The position numbers and the translations under genes were made by a program. From positions 277,723 to 341,722 of the forward strand of contig NMRA01000473.1 in the NCBI GenBank assembly GCA_002633005.1: 64,000 bases of DNA, given 5' to 3'. The notes under the pieces are model-generated. The model had not been told where the DNA came from. It did no database searches and worked only from the letters and a program-made list of their open reading frames with translations. The first letter of the stretch is position 1. Each line of letters begins with the position of its first letter. Below, one piece after another: positions 25,301-35,245 of this stretch. Origin of the DNA: Phoronis australis. Lineage: Eukaryota; Animalia; Phoronida.

Positions 25301-28300
25301 AAAAATGAAGCAGTTTTCAAGACAAAAACACTTCAGTCACACAACAGTTGACAATTCATTAAACACAAAGACTGCAGCACTTTAAAGTATTGGGAATGCC
25401 ATTTTCCAACACCAAGAACAGAGAAATGTACCCACAACTGCACCGAAAATGGTGTGCTTCCATTGGTGTTTTTTTATTTTTTAGTATCATAAAAATGGCC
25501 ATTAGGTGGCACAGAATACGTCAAACCCGTACGAAATTGGGAAGGCATCATCAACTACTTAACAGGTGACTATTTGCCAAGTTTAATGAAAATCCTCCAA
25601 AGAAATCCAAAGGAAGAGGTAAGAAAAAAAAAATTGAGGCATAGAAGTAATCGAATCCATTCGTCTGTTGTCAAGTTAATAGGAAGACACTTGCCAAACT
25701 GTGATCTTGCAAGGTGTTTAGTAGATAATGTCACAGTAGTTTGAACCATCTAAAAATTCATGTCGGTCATACTTTTGTCAGTAGGAACACATCTGTCAAT
25801 TTTCATAATGATTCCCTGCGCGGATAGAGAAGTAGATGGCAAAAAACAGATTCAAAATAATAAAATGGCCACTAGGTGGTGCAGAATACGTCGAACCATC
25901 CCAAAATAAAAAGGTGCTTTTGTTCATAATAGAAACTAGTATGCAAAATTCATGAAAAAAACATCAAGAAAATCTGAAGATACAAAGGCAAAGGTAAAAA
26001 ATAACATTTCCACTAGGGGGCACAGAGGAAATTAGTGCCGTCCAAAAAGTCATGGGTGGCCACTATCACATTTTTAGGAAAACACCTTAGACTTAAGAAT
26101 GAAAACAATGCAGTTACAAGTCAAGTCATGGTGAATGGTTTTAAAAAAGATATTATTTAAGGTTTATTTGAGAATTTCAGCACAGGCATACATGTTATCC
26201 AGGGCTCATTGGAGAATAATTTCAACACAGGCAAATGTAGAGATACACTTCCTTGCCACTTCCTACTTAAATGTGAAATAAAAATACTAGTATCCTAATT
26301 AAGACTATCAGCCTGGATTTAACATGACATGATTGGTTTCAATATCAACTTGGATTTGTGAGAAAATATGCAATGAAATATTCAAATTTTGAAAGTGTTG
26401 GTCAGCTCTATTACTACTTACCCATTGAAAGCATTTTTAATATGTTCTGGCAACAAAAATATCTAAAACTTCTGTAAGTTTTTTTTGAGGAGGAAATGCA
26501 GTTTTTATAGAGGTTTATTAAAACAGCTCGATGAATCAGCATGGCAACATTGAACAACTCAGTGTATCAGCATGGCTGCAGTGAACAACTCAATGTATCA
26601 GCATGGCTACACTAAATTCATTACATACCTTTGAGCGAGCTTTGCGCAGACTCAGCTAGACTGTGGCACTTGTGTGACAAACTAGTCACGTTGATATTAA
26701 CATCATCAACAAAATGGATGTTAGTGTCCTTTACTTGGTGAAATACTAGTGGCTCTTCCGATGTATGACCATAAACAGGCTGGAAATGACACGTTTATTG
26801 CAAAATAAGCAGCCAAATAATACAAATATGGATAAACTATGCTCACAACAAAAAATCAAAGGATCTGCTAAGCGCCTTTCATTAGTGTTTCACTAAAGGG
26901 TTGAAGCGCCTACTCTTCACAATATGGTGGCAGATTCTGGGAAGTTTGGGAAGTTGCTACCTCCCACCATTTCTGTTAAAACAGCTGACTAGCTTTCATC
27001 AACGAACGCAGCCAAATGGCTGACCCAACTAGTTGAAGGTAATCACAAACATCGTTTTTGAATTAACCGCAAATTAAGGATCAAACTGACCACGATTTTG
27101 TAACATTTGCTCATGTGTTTGGAAGATAAAAGCACATACTGCTTGCACTGTATTGCCATTAGGCCTATGGGCGTCTGTGCAAAACTGCTCTTATGTGCGA
27201 AACTTAGGCACATGCACTAATTTGTGAATCACTTGGGTAAAAAAGGCCGTGAAAAAAAGGAATTAATTTGGATACAAGCCTCTAAATGCACGACACACAG
27301 TAATACAAAACTATTTACCAAAGTTCTTGAAATAATGCCAGGGAATTCCAAATATACAGAGACGAACATAAAAAACTGTCATTAGGAGGCATTGCAGTAG
27401 TCACAACGGGTGCACCTATAATGACAATGCATTATGGGCATATGCAGGGGACATAACCTAGATTTATAAGCAAAACTATGGCGCATGTGCCAACATGCAA
27501 ACCACTTGGGTAAAAAAGCTGTATAAAAAGGCATTAATTCGGATGTAGGCTCATGGACCTAAAGGCGTAGCAATACGGTAAAACTTTCTTTTAGTTCCGT
27601 TATGAAAGTGTATAGATTTTTCAACTCTCGCATCTAAGTCAAGTTACAAAGGTTGGAAGCAAAAGATGGCGGTGGTCAAATTTAAGACTGGACAAAGAAA
27701 TGCTTTTACTATTTTGTGTGGTAATTCAGGTGCAGGCAATTTACTCAAGTCACAGCATGCAGATGACTATATGATTATTATTTCACATTATTAAACGCAA
27801 CTATAGAGGGTTCCTGTTGGTTGTGATACAATCAGATAAATTACCATACTCATCCACGGTAATGCCAGGCATCAGCTTATCGCTGATCCATGAAATTAAA
27901 AAGTGTTTCCTTACAAGCCCCAAAGCCCACCTGCAAATTACACAATCGACCTAAAAAGTGCCTTGTCTTTGCGAGCACCCCTTACATCACAATTCTAGCT
28001 CTAATATCAATGTTTTACCCAATTCACCATTGGCGTAAGACCCTATCCTCACACAAACATATCAAAAATTTTGTTTTCAAGTGATCGTGTTTCATATAAC
28101 ACCCACACGCTGATTTTTGAGCTCCACAATTCAAGCACCTTGGACTGAAACCGAGAGAGGTGTGTAACAGTTCTTTATCAAAACACTATCAAAACAATCT
28201 CTATGTATCATGTACTTTGTTCTTTGTTGCTTTTTGTTCAACTGAGTGTGTCTGTTATCACATCAAAATCAAAATTATTGAGATGTACCGTAGTGCTTAT

Positions 28301-31300
28301 TTAAAAACTTAGCCTCAGAGATTTAAACACCTTGTTGAAACAACTTGGAAGGTGTGAATTCTATTGGTTAGACTATTTGATCTAGTTCCACCAACCATCT
28401 ACACTGGATCTTATCTTTTGGTAGACAATTTCTCTAACCACCATCAGGTGAGTGGCAATTGAAACATCATGAAACATTCAATATAAAGGTTCAAACTAAT
28501 TGCAAATCATCAAGAGATTTAGCATTTTACAAAGAAACAACTCAAAACAAATTGTTGAGGATGCAAATGATACAAAGAAATGAGACATAAAATTGACTTA
28601 CCTCAACATGGCTGTTCATTAAAGCTTTATTTAAATCCGAAGTTGTAAGCTTCTTTCGCTTTGCATGTTTCATAAACTGGTAAGCACCCTGTAATTAATG
28701 GTAAGCACCCTGTACTCAAACTGTAGTGAAATATATAGTAAGCACCACGTAGTGGAATAAATAGTAAGCACCATGTAATCAACGAAACCGGTACAAATGA
28801 CAACCGTTTTATAATAATTGTCATTTGAAATTACTCAGGTACGACGACAGAACCAGAGGACGCTTACCCTTGTGCACGTGTGTCCTTTGAAATAAGCAGT
28901 ATGGCACAAAAGTGCCTAGCGAAAACGCCAGTAGTTTTGGAACAACTCATATCTCCACCAAAGCGCCAGCAAAAGTGACCCACTCCCACAGAGAAGTCCA
29001 AAATATTAACCACACCACTTAGCGCCAGTGGAACCATCCAAGCATGTCAAAAACTAACAGGGGTCTTGGGTTTTGCACAACAGTTTGATGCCCATTATTC
29101 AAAAAAGAAAATTGGTTCTCAAACTGCAGGACCCCTGACTATCTCGTGACACGTGACTTCCTCATCCAACAACTAGATGGACTTTGCAAGACAGTTGAAC
29201 AGGACAGTCAATTCTCTACAGCAGAGGTTGCGGATGCTATCAAAACTTGCAAAGAGGTTGCCCCTCGCCCCGATGGCGTGAGAGTCCTGACACTCAAGTC
29301 TTTGCCTGACTTTCTGCTGGCCAAGCTTGTGAAGTCCTACAACGTCAGTTTGGCCACTGGAATCATCCCTCACATCTGGACAGATGCCTTCTTGATTCCT
29401 GTACCAAAACCTGGAAAAGACCATCGTGCACTCACGGGATATCCCATCATAGTGATGCAGAACGTCATTGGAAAAATCCCTGAAAGGATCATGGCGCAAA
29501 GAATCACCAAGTTAATTGAACCCTGGCTCCTCCCAGGAATGGGTGCTTATCGATCTGGTAGAGATTCATGGGCCAACGCAGCTTCTGTTGCAGATGAGAT
29601 ATGGCAAGGTTTTGAAAACAAAGAAAACACTCTCCTCGTTGGCCTTGATCTAGAAGATGCGTACAATTCTGTTCAACTTCCAAAACTTGTGGATGGCATG
29701 CTTCATCTCGGTATTCCTGTACGATGCATTAGATGGGTGATGAGTGCCCTGAATAGCCGGCGATGCATGCTAAAACATCGCACATGGCATTCAGAATGGG
29801 TATCTGTCAACACAGGCTTATCCCAAGGTTCACCTCTGTCCCCAGTGCTGTTCAATATCTACACCCTCCTACTCGCCAGACTGAACCGCGCTGACTGCCG
29901 ACTTCGCACCTTTGCAGACGACATGCTGCTGTCATCGCAAGGACAAACACATCATGAGATTCTCCACAAAGCAGTCTTCATTGATGAAAATCTGCGAGTT
30001 TTGTGCTACCAGCGGAATGAGCTGCAATGGAGACAAATGTGAAGCTCTCTTCTGTACTCTGGACAATCGCCTCAGTGTTGATGATTTCCCTTGCCCTACC
30101 TACGATGGGAAGTTGATTGCAATATCTGACCACATGTGTCACTTGGGTGTAGAACTCGACCGCAGACTCAACTTCACAACTCAAGTTAACAGTATGATCA
30201 GCCGTGCTAACAGAGGAATCAATGCCCTTAGGGCTGCGGCTGGTCGGAAGGCGGAGGAAAGGCACCTCGTCATGCTTTATAAAGCCCTGGTCACTTCGGT
30301 CTTCAAGTACGCTCTCCTAATGATCAACATCAGTAAAAATCAAATCAACAGACTTGAGAGGCTCCAAAACATTGGTCTTCGCGTCATCACTGGATGTACG
30401 AGATCTACGTCAGTCACAGCATTGCGTTACCTTGTCGGTGTTCCCAGCATAGCAGACAAGACAATCTCTTCTACAAGGTATTACTATAGCCAAGGCTGTT
30501 CAAAGCCCCTTCCATCCATTACACAGTCAAGTGAAGACTGCACTTGACAAGTGCGTGAACCCCGTCCCTGCAACCGAAACTTATGGACTTCGTCCTAGAC
30601 CTTTTCACAATGCCTCCCACCAAAGACTTAGCAGGTGCTCGTAGACTGTCGCTGCTGTCAACGCAACCATGGGTCTCATCAGCGAACACATGATCGCGCA
30701 AGATGCTGCTTGGCTGCCAGTACAAGAACTTGGTGAGGAACCGAATGTCATCCTTGCTTTCAACAGGGAAGCTCGGGAATGGCCTCCTGGAGTAGCCCAA
30801 GCATTGTGCCGTCAGCAATGGCATGATCTTGGCGGTATTAATGCCATCATTGTAGCAACTGATGGATCCTTCGATGGTGAAACTAATCGTCACGATGGGG
30901 TTAACAAATACGCTGTGCTAACAACGTCATTGCGGAAGGTAGTGGCTGCCACCATGAAAACACAAGCAGTACGCGGATGGAGTTTGAGGCTATACAACGT
31001 GCCCTAACCAAGCTGTCACTCCTAGACCTGGAGAATCACACCATTATCTTTGCCACCGATTCCATGGCAGTGTTGATGAAAGTTCAATCTGGAAACCTCC
31101 CAGCCAACTGGGGTGTCTTCCGATCACGCCACCCTCATCATGTAGTGATCTGGTCTTTCGTACCTGGCCACACTGGTGTCTTGATTAATGAGCATGCAGA
31201 TTACCTCGCTGGCTCATGCACCACCAACCAACCCCTCTACTTATATTCTACTTAAGCTGCTGGCCCGCAAATGCAACCTTGAACAGACTGCATCGCAACT

Positions 31301-33309
31301 GGCTGGGTTCAATGATAGCAGCCGACTGCTCGAAGCCGGTATTCTTTATGGCCATGTTGCGAAGAGTCACAAGAAGAGCAGTGCCCGAGTGCTGTCAAAT
31401 CAAATGCTTACAGGCAACGTCAGCCCTGGAGTTCTGCGCCTTCTGCTGTGACGGGGATGGTCTGGGGAGGGGAATAATGCACCAGCATATCCCCAATGAT
31501 CCTGTTCGTGACAGGTATTACAGGTATTACATGACTTCCGGGTGCGACGTATAGTCAAATATAGCTAGCCAGCTAGATGTATGAAGACTATCGTCAAAAT
31601 ACAGCTAGTAAGGTACCACTGTGTGTCGAGCTCCGACAGATCTCCAAATTCCACACAGCTCAAATAGTTTTGCTCATCATCTCGCCATGAAACTTTTATC
31701 AACATGTAGAGCTAACGACCAGCGGGGGTGCATGAAAAATCTGGAAGTCAACCGACACTCACCATGCCCGTTACAGCCTTTTGGGTGAAAAACTATCTAA
31801 TAAGCGTCATTTTCAGTTCTTTGCCTTATGTAACAAAGAAAATGTGTCATTATTTTGAAAACAGTACGCTTGTGACACACGCACACACCACTTCCTAAAA
31901 TTTTCCAACATCCCTCGGAAGATGACAGGTTCACAGCAGCAAATTTTTTTCTGAAATGCGATTTGTGCCTTGTACACAACGTCGTGGAAGAAAAACAGTT
32001 GAATTGGCGAAAATAAGAAACTGGCCAATATGTGACGCATTATTTCATGGTGCCGAAAGTTGACGTAAAAGATCACACCACAATTTAGCAGCAGAATAAC
32101 GGTAGAACGCCAATTTTTCCAACACTGGTACATAATTTAGTTTACTCAAGGAAGAGTGCAGAATTTATTGACACCAATTTTGTATCAAATTTTATCTGGT
32201 ACGCTTTTTACCCACATTGGCCCATTGTATTTAGTATACAGCCTTACACCAAGGTTAAGCTAGATACTCACTGGTTCCCTGCGTGCCACTATGTGGTAGC
32301 CAGCACACAGGTAGCAGGCAGTTGCACGCGCTTTATCATTGGTTGATGTAACCTAGGCAGTCATTGGTTAGCTTTATAACAAAGTGAAAAAAGGGTGGAC
32401 TATGAACGATTTTTAGCCTTGTCATGCAAGTGGCATAGCAACAACTATTTCGTTTCTGCATTAATGTCTAATTGCCGCGCGCTTGAAGAACATTCATGTA
32501 CAATAAACACGCTGTCATCTGGCTGATTTAACTAGCGTACTGTCTTATTCAAACTGTACAAATACAGGACAGCAACGTAAACAAAAGTCAGCGACAGTAG
32601 AAAGATGCACCTGACTCCGAAAAGGCACAACTACAATTTTTGGGATTCAGATTTCCTGAACATAAATTTTAAGCATCGATTTGTCTGTACAGCAGACCGC
32701 ATTTGCACTTGTTCCATCAGTCACGCCAGTTCGTTTGCGTAAACCGCTGCCTGTTGAGAATTCGACCAGCCAATCAAAAACGCAGGTGTAAAAAAAATTC
32801 CCGCGGAAAATTAAGTGATACCTGCGTCCAGGCTACCACCTAACGACACGCAGGGAACCAGCGAGAGCCAGATAAAGCTTCTCTAAATCGGTAGCCAGGC
32901 AGCAATTGCCTCTTGGATGAACAGTTTAGAGTCGTGGCTCTCACACACGCAACCAGGTTCAAATGCCGGAAATTTTCTGCAACTATGATGAAAGTCAGTG
33001 AATAAGGTGCATTCAATTCCTGCCTTGCGAATTGATATTGACTGAGCTATCAAAATTAGTCATTAAAGCATTAGCCGGAGCAGTGGAGCTCAATGGCAAC
33101 CATCAAGAATAAACTCGTACTTGAAGTACATCGCGCAGCCTGTAACTGACATCTTGCGACAGAAGGGCGGCAGCTTCGTTCGACAAGTCACTGTAACCAA
33201 CAGATTCGCCCATCAATTTCACGGACTCCTTGGATAAAACAGACTGTTTTTTGTCGTCAGTGGTGGGGGCTGATTTTTTCTTCTCATCTGGCTCATGTTT
33301 CACACTCAT
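3566..33309 (-). CDS. TAF6L: TAF6-like (SAGA/PCAF complex subunit PAF65-alpha), 11 coding exons, 626 aa; full gene span
   Basis: Exons 33121-33309, 28602-28688, 26629-26779, 24806-24859, 16900-17003, 13854-13931, 9469-9570, 8388-8512, 5886-6018, 4936-5055 and 3566-4303 total 1881 nt, all GT-AG and phase-compatible. Histone fold (SKESVKLMGESVG..LSNEAAALLSQDVSYRLR..FMKHAKRKKLT), SWLVLEGVQ, HEAT region (YCLVEPL..WLLRDYAA, RPLCSHYGA) and LYSYFGDS favour TAF6L over TAF6. Confidence 0.9.
4936..5055 (-). CDS. TAF6L: TAF6L coding exon 10 (AVEEVLF...DASRVHGALL)
   Basis: ttgtag acceptor and gtgagt donor. Confidence 0.88.
5117..5425 (-). mobile_element. tRNA-derived SINE
   Basis: Minus-strand A box TGGTCTAGTGG and B box GGTTCTAATCC. 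The 3' part (5117-5228) recurs in the opposite orientation at about 36865-36975. Confidence 0.65.
5886..6018 (-). CDS. TAF6L: TAF6L coding exon 9 (...RPLCSHYGALRAITLLGPK)
   Basis: tttccag acceptor and gtttgt donor; RPLCxHYGA motif. Confidence 0.92.
6115..7631 (+). mobile_element. Kolobok-like non-autonomous DNA transposon with a THAP remnant
   Basis: TTAA on both sides (6111-14, 7632-35). TIR agaagaatgccaccc / aggaggatgccaccc (13/15). Degenerate THAP at about 6290-6490 (WYIVPACVN..SFFRFP..LRKWVAAVK..ACGRHF..SDF) with stops and one frameshift. Confidence 0.7.
8388..8512 (-). CDS. TAF6L: TAF6L coding exon 8 (LTLLTQAVTYCLVEPL...WLLRDYAAFLL)
   Basis: tttttcag acceptor and gtgaga donor; YCxxEPL and WxLRDxAA motifs. 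Confidence 0.92.
9469..9570 (-). CDS. TAF6L: TAF6L coding exon 7 (VKTVSYDVHQLTKLLYMVHSLIRNPALYLLHHPY)
   Basis: tggtag acceptor and gtaagt donor; VKxVSxD..SLxRNPxL..PY. Confidence 0.9.
9797..10981 (+). mobile_element. Truncated Tc1/pogo-type (TA|CCGTA terminus) non-autonomous element, copy A
   Basis: ta|ccgtattcaccctaataagcgcc terminus; 10510-10981 is an inverted match to 12724-13212. Confidence 0.55.
11806..12120 (+). repeat. 63-bp tandem repeat x5 inside the LINE
   Basis: Unit encodes RVFVTSKLAWTKATKTMSCQG. Confidence 0.95.
12447..13230 (-). mobile_element. Truncated CCGTA-terminus element, copy B, inserted in the LINE and inverted relative to copy A
   Basis: ta|ccgtaatcgccccaataagcacc terminus; inverted homology to 10510-10981. 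Confidence 0.55.
13854..13931 (-). CDS. TAF6L: TAF6L coding exon 6 (IVLNDLRTNHKLSPLVPHFCSFIANG)
   Basis: atttcag acceptor and gtaagt donor; LxDLxTNxKxxxLxPxF motif. Confidence 0.9.
13991..14983. repeat. 52-bp minisatellite, about 19 near-identical copies
   Basis: Unit gaatacattcaaagtcatccagaactccctgttataatggctgtcacaagct. Confidence 0.97.
15140..15390. repeat. Degenerate tandem repeat of about 50 bp
   Basis: Recurring gattacttttgtcatatagtgtatcaaatg. Confidence 0.75.
15410..16772 (-). mobile_element. DINE/HINE-like (Helentron-associated) interspersed repeat
   Basis: Begins AACAAGAG and ends ...gggctcgtaaaaaa; internal degenerate aaaatggcc/aaatttca modules like those in 55842-56843. Confidence 0.45.
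16900..17003 (-). CDS. TAF6L: TAF6L coding exon 5 (...DELASYYDNITQALLGNDEELTK)
   Basis: ttgtag acceptor and gtattg donor; YYxxITxAxLG motif. Confidence 0.88.
17636..18863. mobile_element. Tc1/pogo-type MITE with 24-bp perfect TIR and TA TSD (contains an N-gap)
   Basis: TIR ccgtaatcgttcgggttaacgccc at both ends, TA on both flanks, subterminal gggcggttaa repeats. An empty-site paralogue lies at about 19265-19310. Confidence 0.9.
17882..18316. other. Assembly gap
   Basis: Run of N. Confidence 1.
20770..20976. repeat. 59-bp tandem repeat, about 3.5 copies
   Basis: Unit tcactttcacactgttctggccttgtttgatgacctcttactatgatgctgtacatatg. Confidence 0.9.
21602..23968 (+). mobile_element. Ty3/Gypsy (Mag-like) LTR retrotransposon, internally deleted, nested in the Penelope element
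   Basis: 5' LTR TG..CA at 21602-21872. PBS TGGCGACGAG (tRNA-Ser-like). Gag from 21884 (WECYLERFELFLQAN). RT end LGHVI..YLGLLNYY, RNase H TDAS..YPQIEREALA..TDNKPL, integrase HHCC (LH.GH.G..K..C..C). The 3' LTR fragment 23870-23968 is identical to 21774-21872. Confidence 0.93.
22441..22768. other. Assembly gap inside the Gypsy element
   Basis: Run of N. Confidence 1.
24806..24859 (-). CDS. TAF6L: TAF6L coding exon 4 (ASWLVLEGVQHNVLSNTS)
   Basis: tttttcag acceptor and gtgagt donor; matches the TAF6-family HWLxxEGVQ motif. Confidence 0.88.
25405..26060 (-). mobile_element. Further DINE/HINE-like copy
   Basis: Homologous to 17306-17560 (cccacaa.tgcaccg.aaa.ggtgtgctt; aaaatggccactaggtggtgc). Confidence 0.6.
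26629..26779 (-). CDS. TAF6L: TAF6L coding exon 3 (PVYGHTSEEPLVF...SSLK)
   Basis: tttccag acceptor and gtatgt donor; PVYG motif; ends in phase 1. Confidence 0.88.
28602..28688 (-). CDS. TAF6L: TAF6L coding exon 2 (GAYQFMKHAKRKKLTTSDLNKALMNSHVE)
   Basis: ttacag acceptor and gtaagt donor; conserved FMKHxKRxKLT motif. Confidence 0.92.
28840..31500 (+). mobile_element. Decayed RNase H-bearing LINE (I/Ingi/Nimb group) in TAF6L intron 1, antisense to the host gene
   Basis: RT: APRPDGV, LIPVPKPGKD, LDLEDAYNSV, GLSQGSPLSPVLFNIY, FADD, LGVELDRRLNF. RNase H: ATDGS, EFEAI..AL, TDSMAVL, VPGHTGVLINEHADYLA. Frameshifted; boundaries approximate. Confidence 0.88.
32267..32865. mobile_element. MITE with a TIR of about 35 bp and a 9-bp TSD
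   Basis: TIR ctcactggttccctgcgtgcc..gtggtagcc versus ctcgctggttccctgcgtgtc..gtggtagcc; TSD agctagata / agccagata. Confidence 0.8.
32905..32975 (+). mobile_element. tRNA-like SINE head (paralogue of 42575-42640)
   Basis: Degenerate A box tggatgaacagttt and B box ggttcaaatgcc. Confidence 0.5.
33121..33309 (-). CDS. TAF6L: TAF6L coding exon 1 (MSVKHEPD...YRLRDVLQ)
   Basis: ATG at 33309; histone-fold start; donor gtacga at 33120. Confidence 0.9.
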
Positions 33310-33596
33310 AATGAAGTGTTTAATTACAGGATAAATCACAACCACCTGCGCTACAGGGTAGCTACACACACTCCACAGACTGCACAGTGCTTATTATTTT
33401 TGACACATTTTCGACATTTCCTGTAGAAGAAAGATACGTGCGATTTGATACATTGTATTACATCATAAAAACACGTTAAACTTATATGATGTCATTTTTG
33501 AAATTATAACAACATGATTTGCTGATTTCCATTTTTTAATTGTCAAAAACAACCCTTTAGTAAATTTTCGTAAGTAGTATTTTTCCACAATATACT

Positions 33597-33606
33597 ATGA
33601 CGTCAT
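33597..33606. promoter_or_regulatory. Palindromic CRE/ATF site between the divergent TAF6L and SOCS start codons
   Basis: ATGACGTCAT perfect palindrome; function is inferred from position only. Confidence 0.3.
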
Positions 33607-33988
33607 GAATAAATAAGTATTTCCTTCGGACATTTTCTGAGGTTGTTATGCTGGATGAAAGTGACATTCATATCTTATGGAAATGGACAAAATTCTGGCC
33701 TTGATGTTATTTACTTGCTGGATATGTCGTTCTGATGATTCTTTGATGAGTTGAAAATGTTTAACACGTTTGGTTGCTTCACTGTGACCGCTTAAAATCC
33801 ATCCGGATTCGACGTCTTTCGTTCGGACTTGCCTCTGCTCTGTCCATTCGTGCCTGTGTATCTCAATCTTAGTCCTAGCTGCAGAAAACTGGGCGTTCTT
33901 TGTGTTCACCTTGTTGAGTGACACCAATTCAGGGCGATACAATGTAAGACTATGGTGTTGAATTATTTAATTGTTAGTAACGTGAGCC

Positions 33989-35245
33989 ATGGATGAAACA
34001 CCAACTGTTTTCAATGAAGGAATGGACGGTCAACAACCTTCAACCAACCAGCCTACTCAACAACCTTCAACCAGCCAGCCTACTCAACAACCTTCAACCA
34101 GCCAGCCTACTCAACAACCTTCAACCAGCCAGCCTACTCAACAACCTTCTACCAGCGAGACTAGAAAAGGCTCATCAAAAACGAGAAAGCCCAAATTCCT
34201 GTCACTACATCGTAAACATACTGCACAGCATAGTGGCCATGCAACTTGGAAAAGAACTCTTCGAGTGAAGTTTGCATCTTGTTTACGTGGGGCGAAGGCA
34301 CATGGTATTCCAGATTCTAGACCCAGCCCTGATGATGGAAGATGTGTTTGTACAAGCTATAGGCGTACGGAAGATCACGTGCTTGGAGCTGGGATTGTGT
34401 TTAGCGCTCAATATCCACCATCATCACCTGGACGCTTCGACTTGCTAGGACGTCAAACAAATAGTCCTGTCTGCAGAAGCCCAGATGTTATTGGATGTCC
34501 TAAGATAATGCCAGAAATGGAGCCTAGTGTTGAATTATGGAGCAGAGGCTCTAGAGAGTCCAGTCTTGTGTCCAGCTTGTCTCGACAGTGTGCCATTTCT
34601 ACTGAAGTTAGGTCTCCACAACTTCGCTACAATGGCAGTGTGGATGAACACTCAACTGAAACTTTTTATAGTGAATATAGAACAAAAGTTGGATCTGATG
34701 GCCCAGCTCCTACTGTAGTTCATACTCAGATAGATTATATTCACTGCCTCGTGCCTGATCTACAGAAGGTGACGAATTGTGGCTATTATTGGGGAGTCAT
34801 GGACAGGTATGAGGCTGAAAGTCTTCTGGAGAACAAACCAGAGGGGACGTTCCTGCTTCGTGACAGCGCTCAGGATGAGTTTCTGTTTTCTGTCAGTTTC
34901 CGACGGTATGGAAGGTCACTGCATGCTCGCATAGAACAATGGAAACATAAGTTCAGTTTTGACTCGCATGACCCAGCTGTGTTTGCTTCTGACTCTGTTC
35001 ATGGTTTGATCGAGCATTACAAGGACCCAGGCTCCTGCCTGTTCTTTGAGCCAATGCTTATTCACCCATTGAATCGTACAGAAGTGTTCTCTTTGCAGAA
35101 TCTCTGCCGTGCCATTATTTGTTCTAACACTACATATGATGGTATCAGTTATCTCACCTTGCCTAAGTCTCTCAAAGAGAGCTTACGCTACTATCACTAC
35201 AAGCAGAAAGTCAGAGTGCGTAAATTTGAACTTGCTCATGTATAA
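33989..35245 (+). CDS. SOCS5: Suppressor of cytokine signaling 4/5-like (SH2 + SOCS box), single coding exon, 418 aa
   Basis: [61 protein letters not shown] is diagnostic of SOCS4/5/Socs36E. C-terminal SOCS box [19 protein letters not shown]. Kozak-like gccATGg. Confidence 0.93.
   Translation: MDETPTVFNEGMDGQQPSTNQPTQQPSTSQPTQQPSTSQPTQQPSTSQPTQQPSTSETRKGSSKTRKPKFLSLHRKHTAQHSGHATWKRTLRVKFASCLRGAKAHGIPDSRPSPDDGRCVCTSYRRTEDHVLGAGIVFSAQYPPSSPGRFDLLGRQTNSPVCRSPDVIGCPKIMPEMEPSVELWSRGSRESSLVSSLSRQCAISTEVRSPQLRYNGSVDEHSTETFYSEYRTKVGSDGPAPTVVHTQIDYIHCLVPDLQKVTNCGYYWGVMDRYEAESLLENKPEGTFLLRDSAQDEFLFSVSFRRYGRSLHARIEQWKHKFSFDSHDPAVFASDSVHGLIEHYKDPGSCLFFEPMLIHPLNRTEVFSLQNLCRAIICSNTTYDGISYLTLPKSLKESLRYYHYKQKVRVRKFELAHV
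34031..34156 (+). repeat. Coding 27-bp minisatellite (about 4.7 copies) encoding QQPSTSQPT
   Basis: Tandem unit caacaaccttcaaccagccagcctact. Confidence 0.95.

Noticed and set aside
33646-33942. 98-aa minus-strand ORF between TAF6L and SOCS
   Set aside because: It has a non-ATG start, no recognisable motif and no supported splice link to TAF6L.
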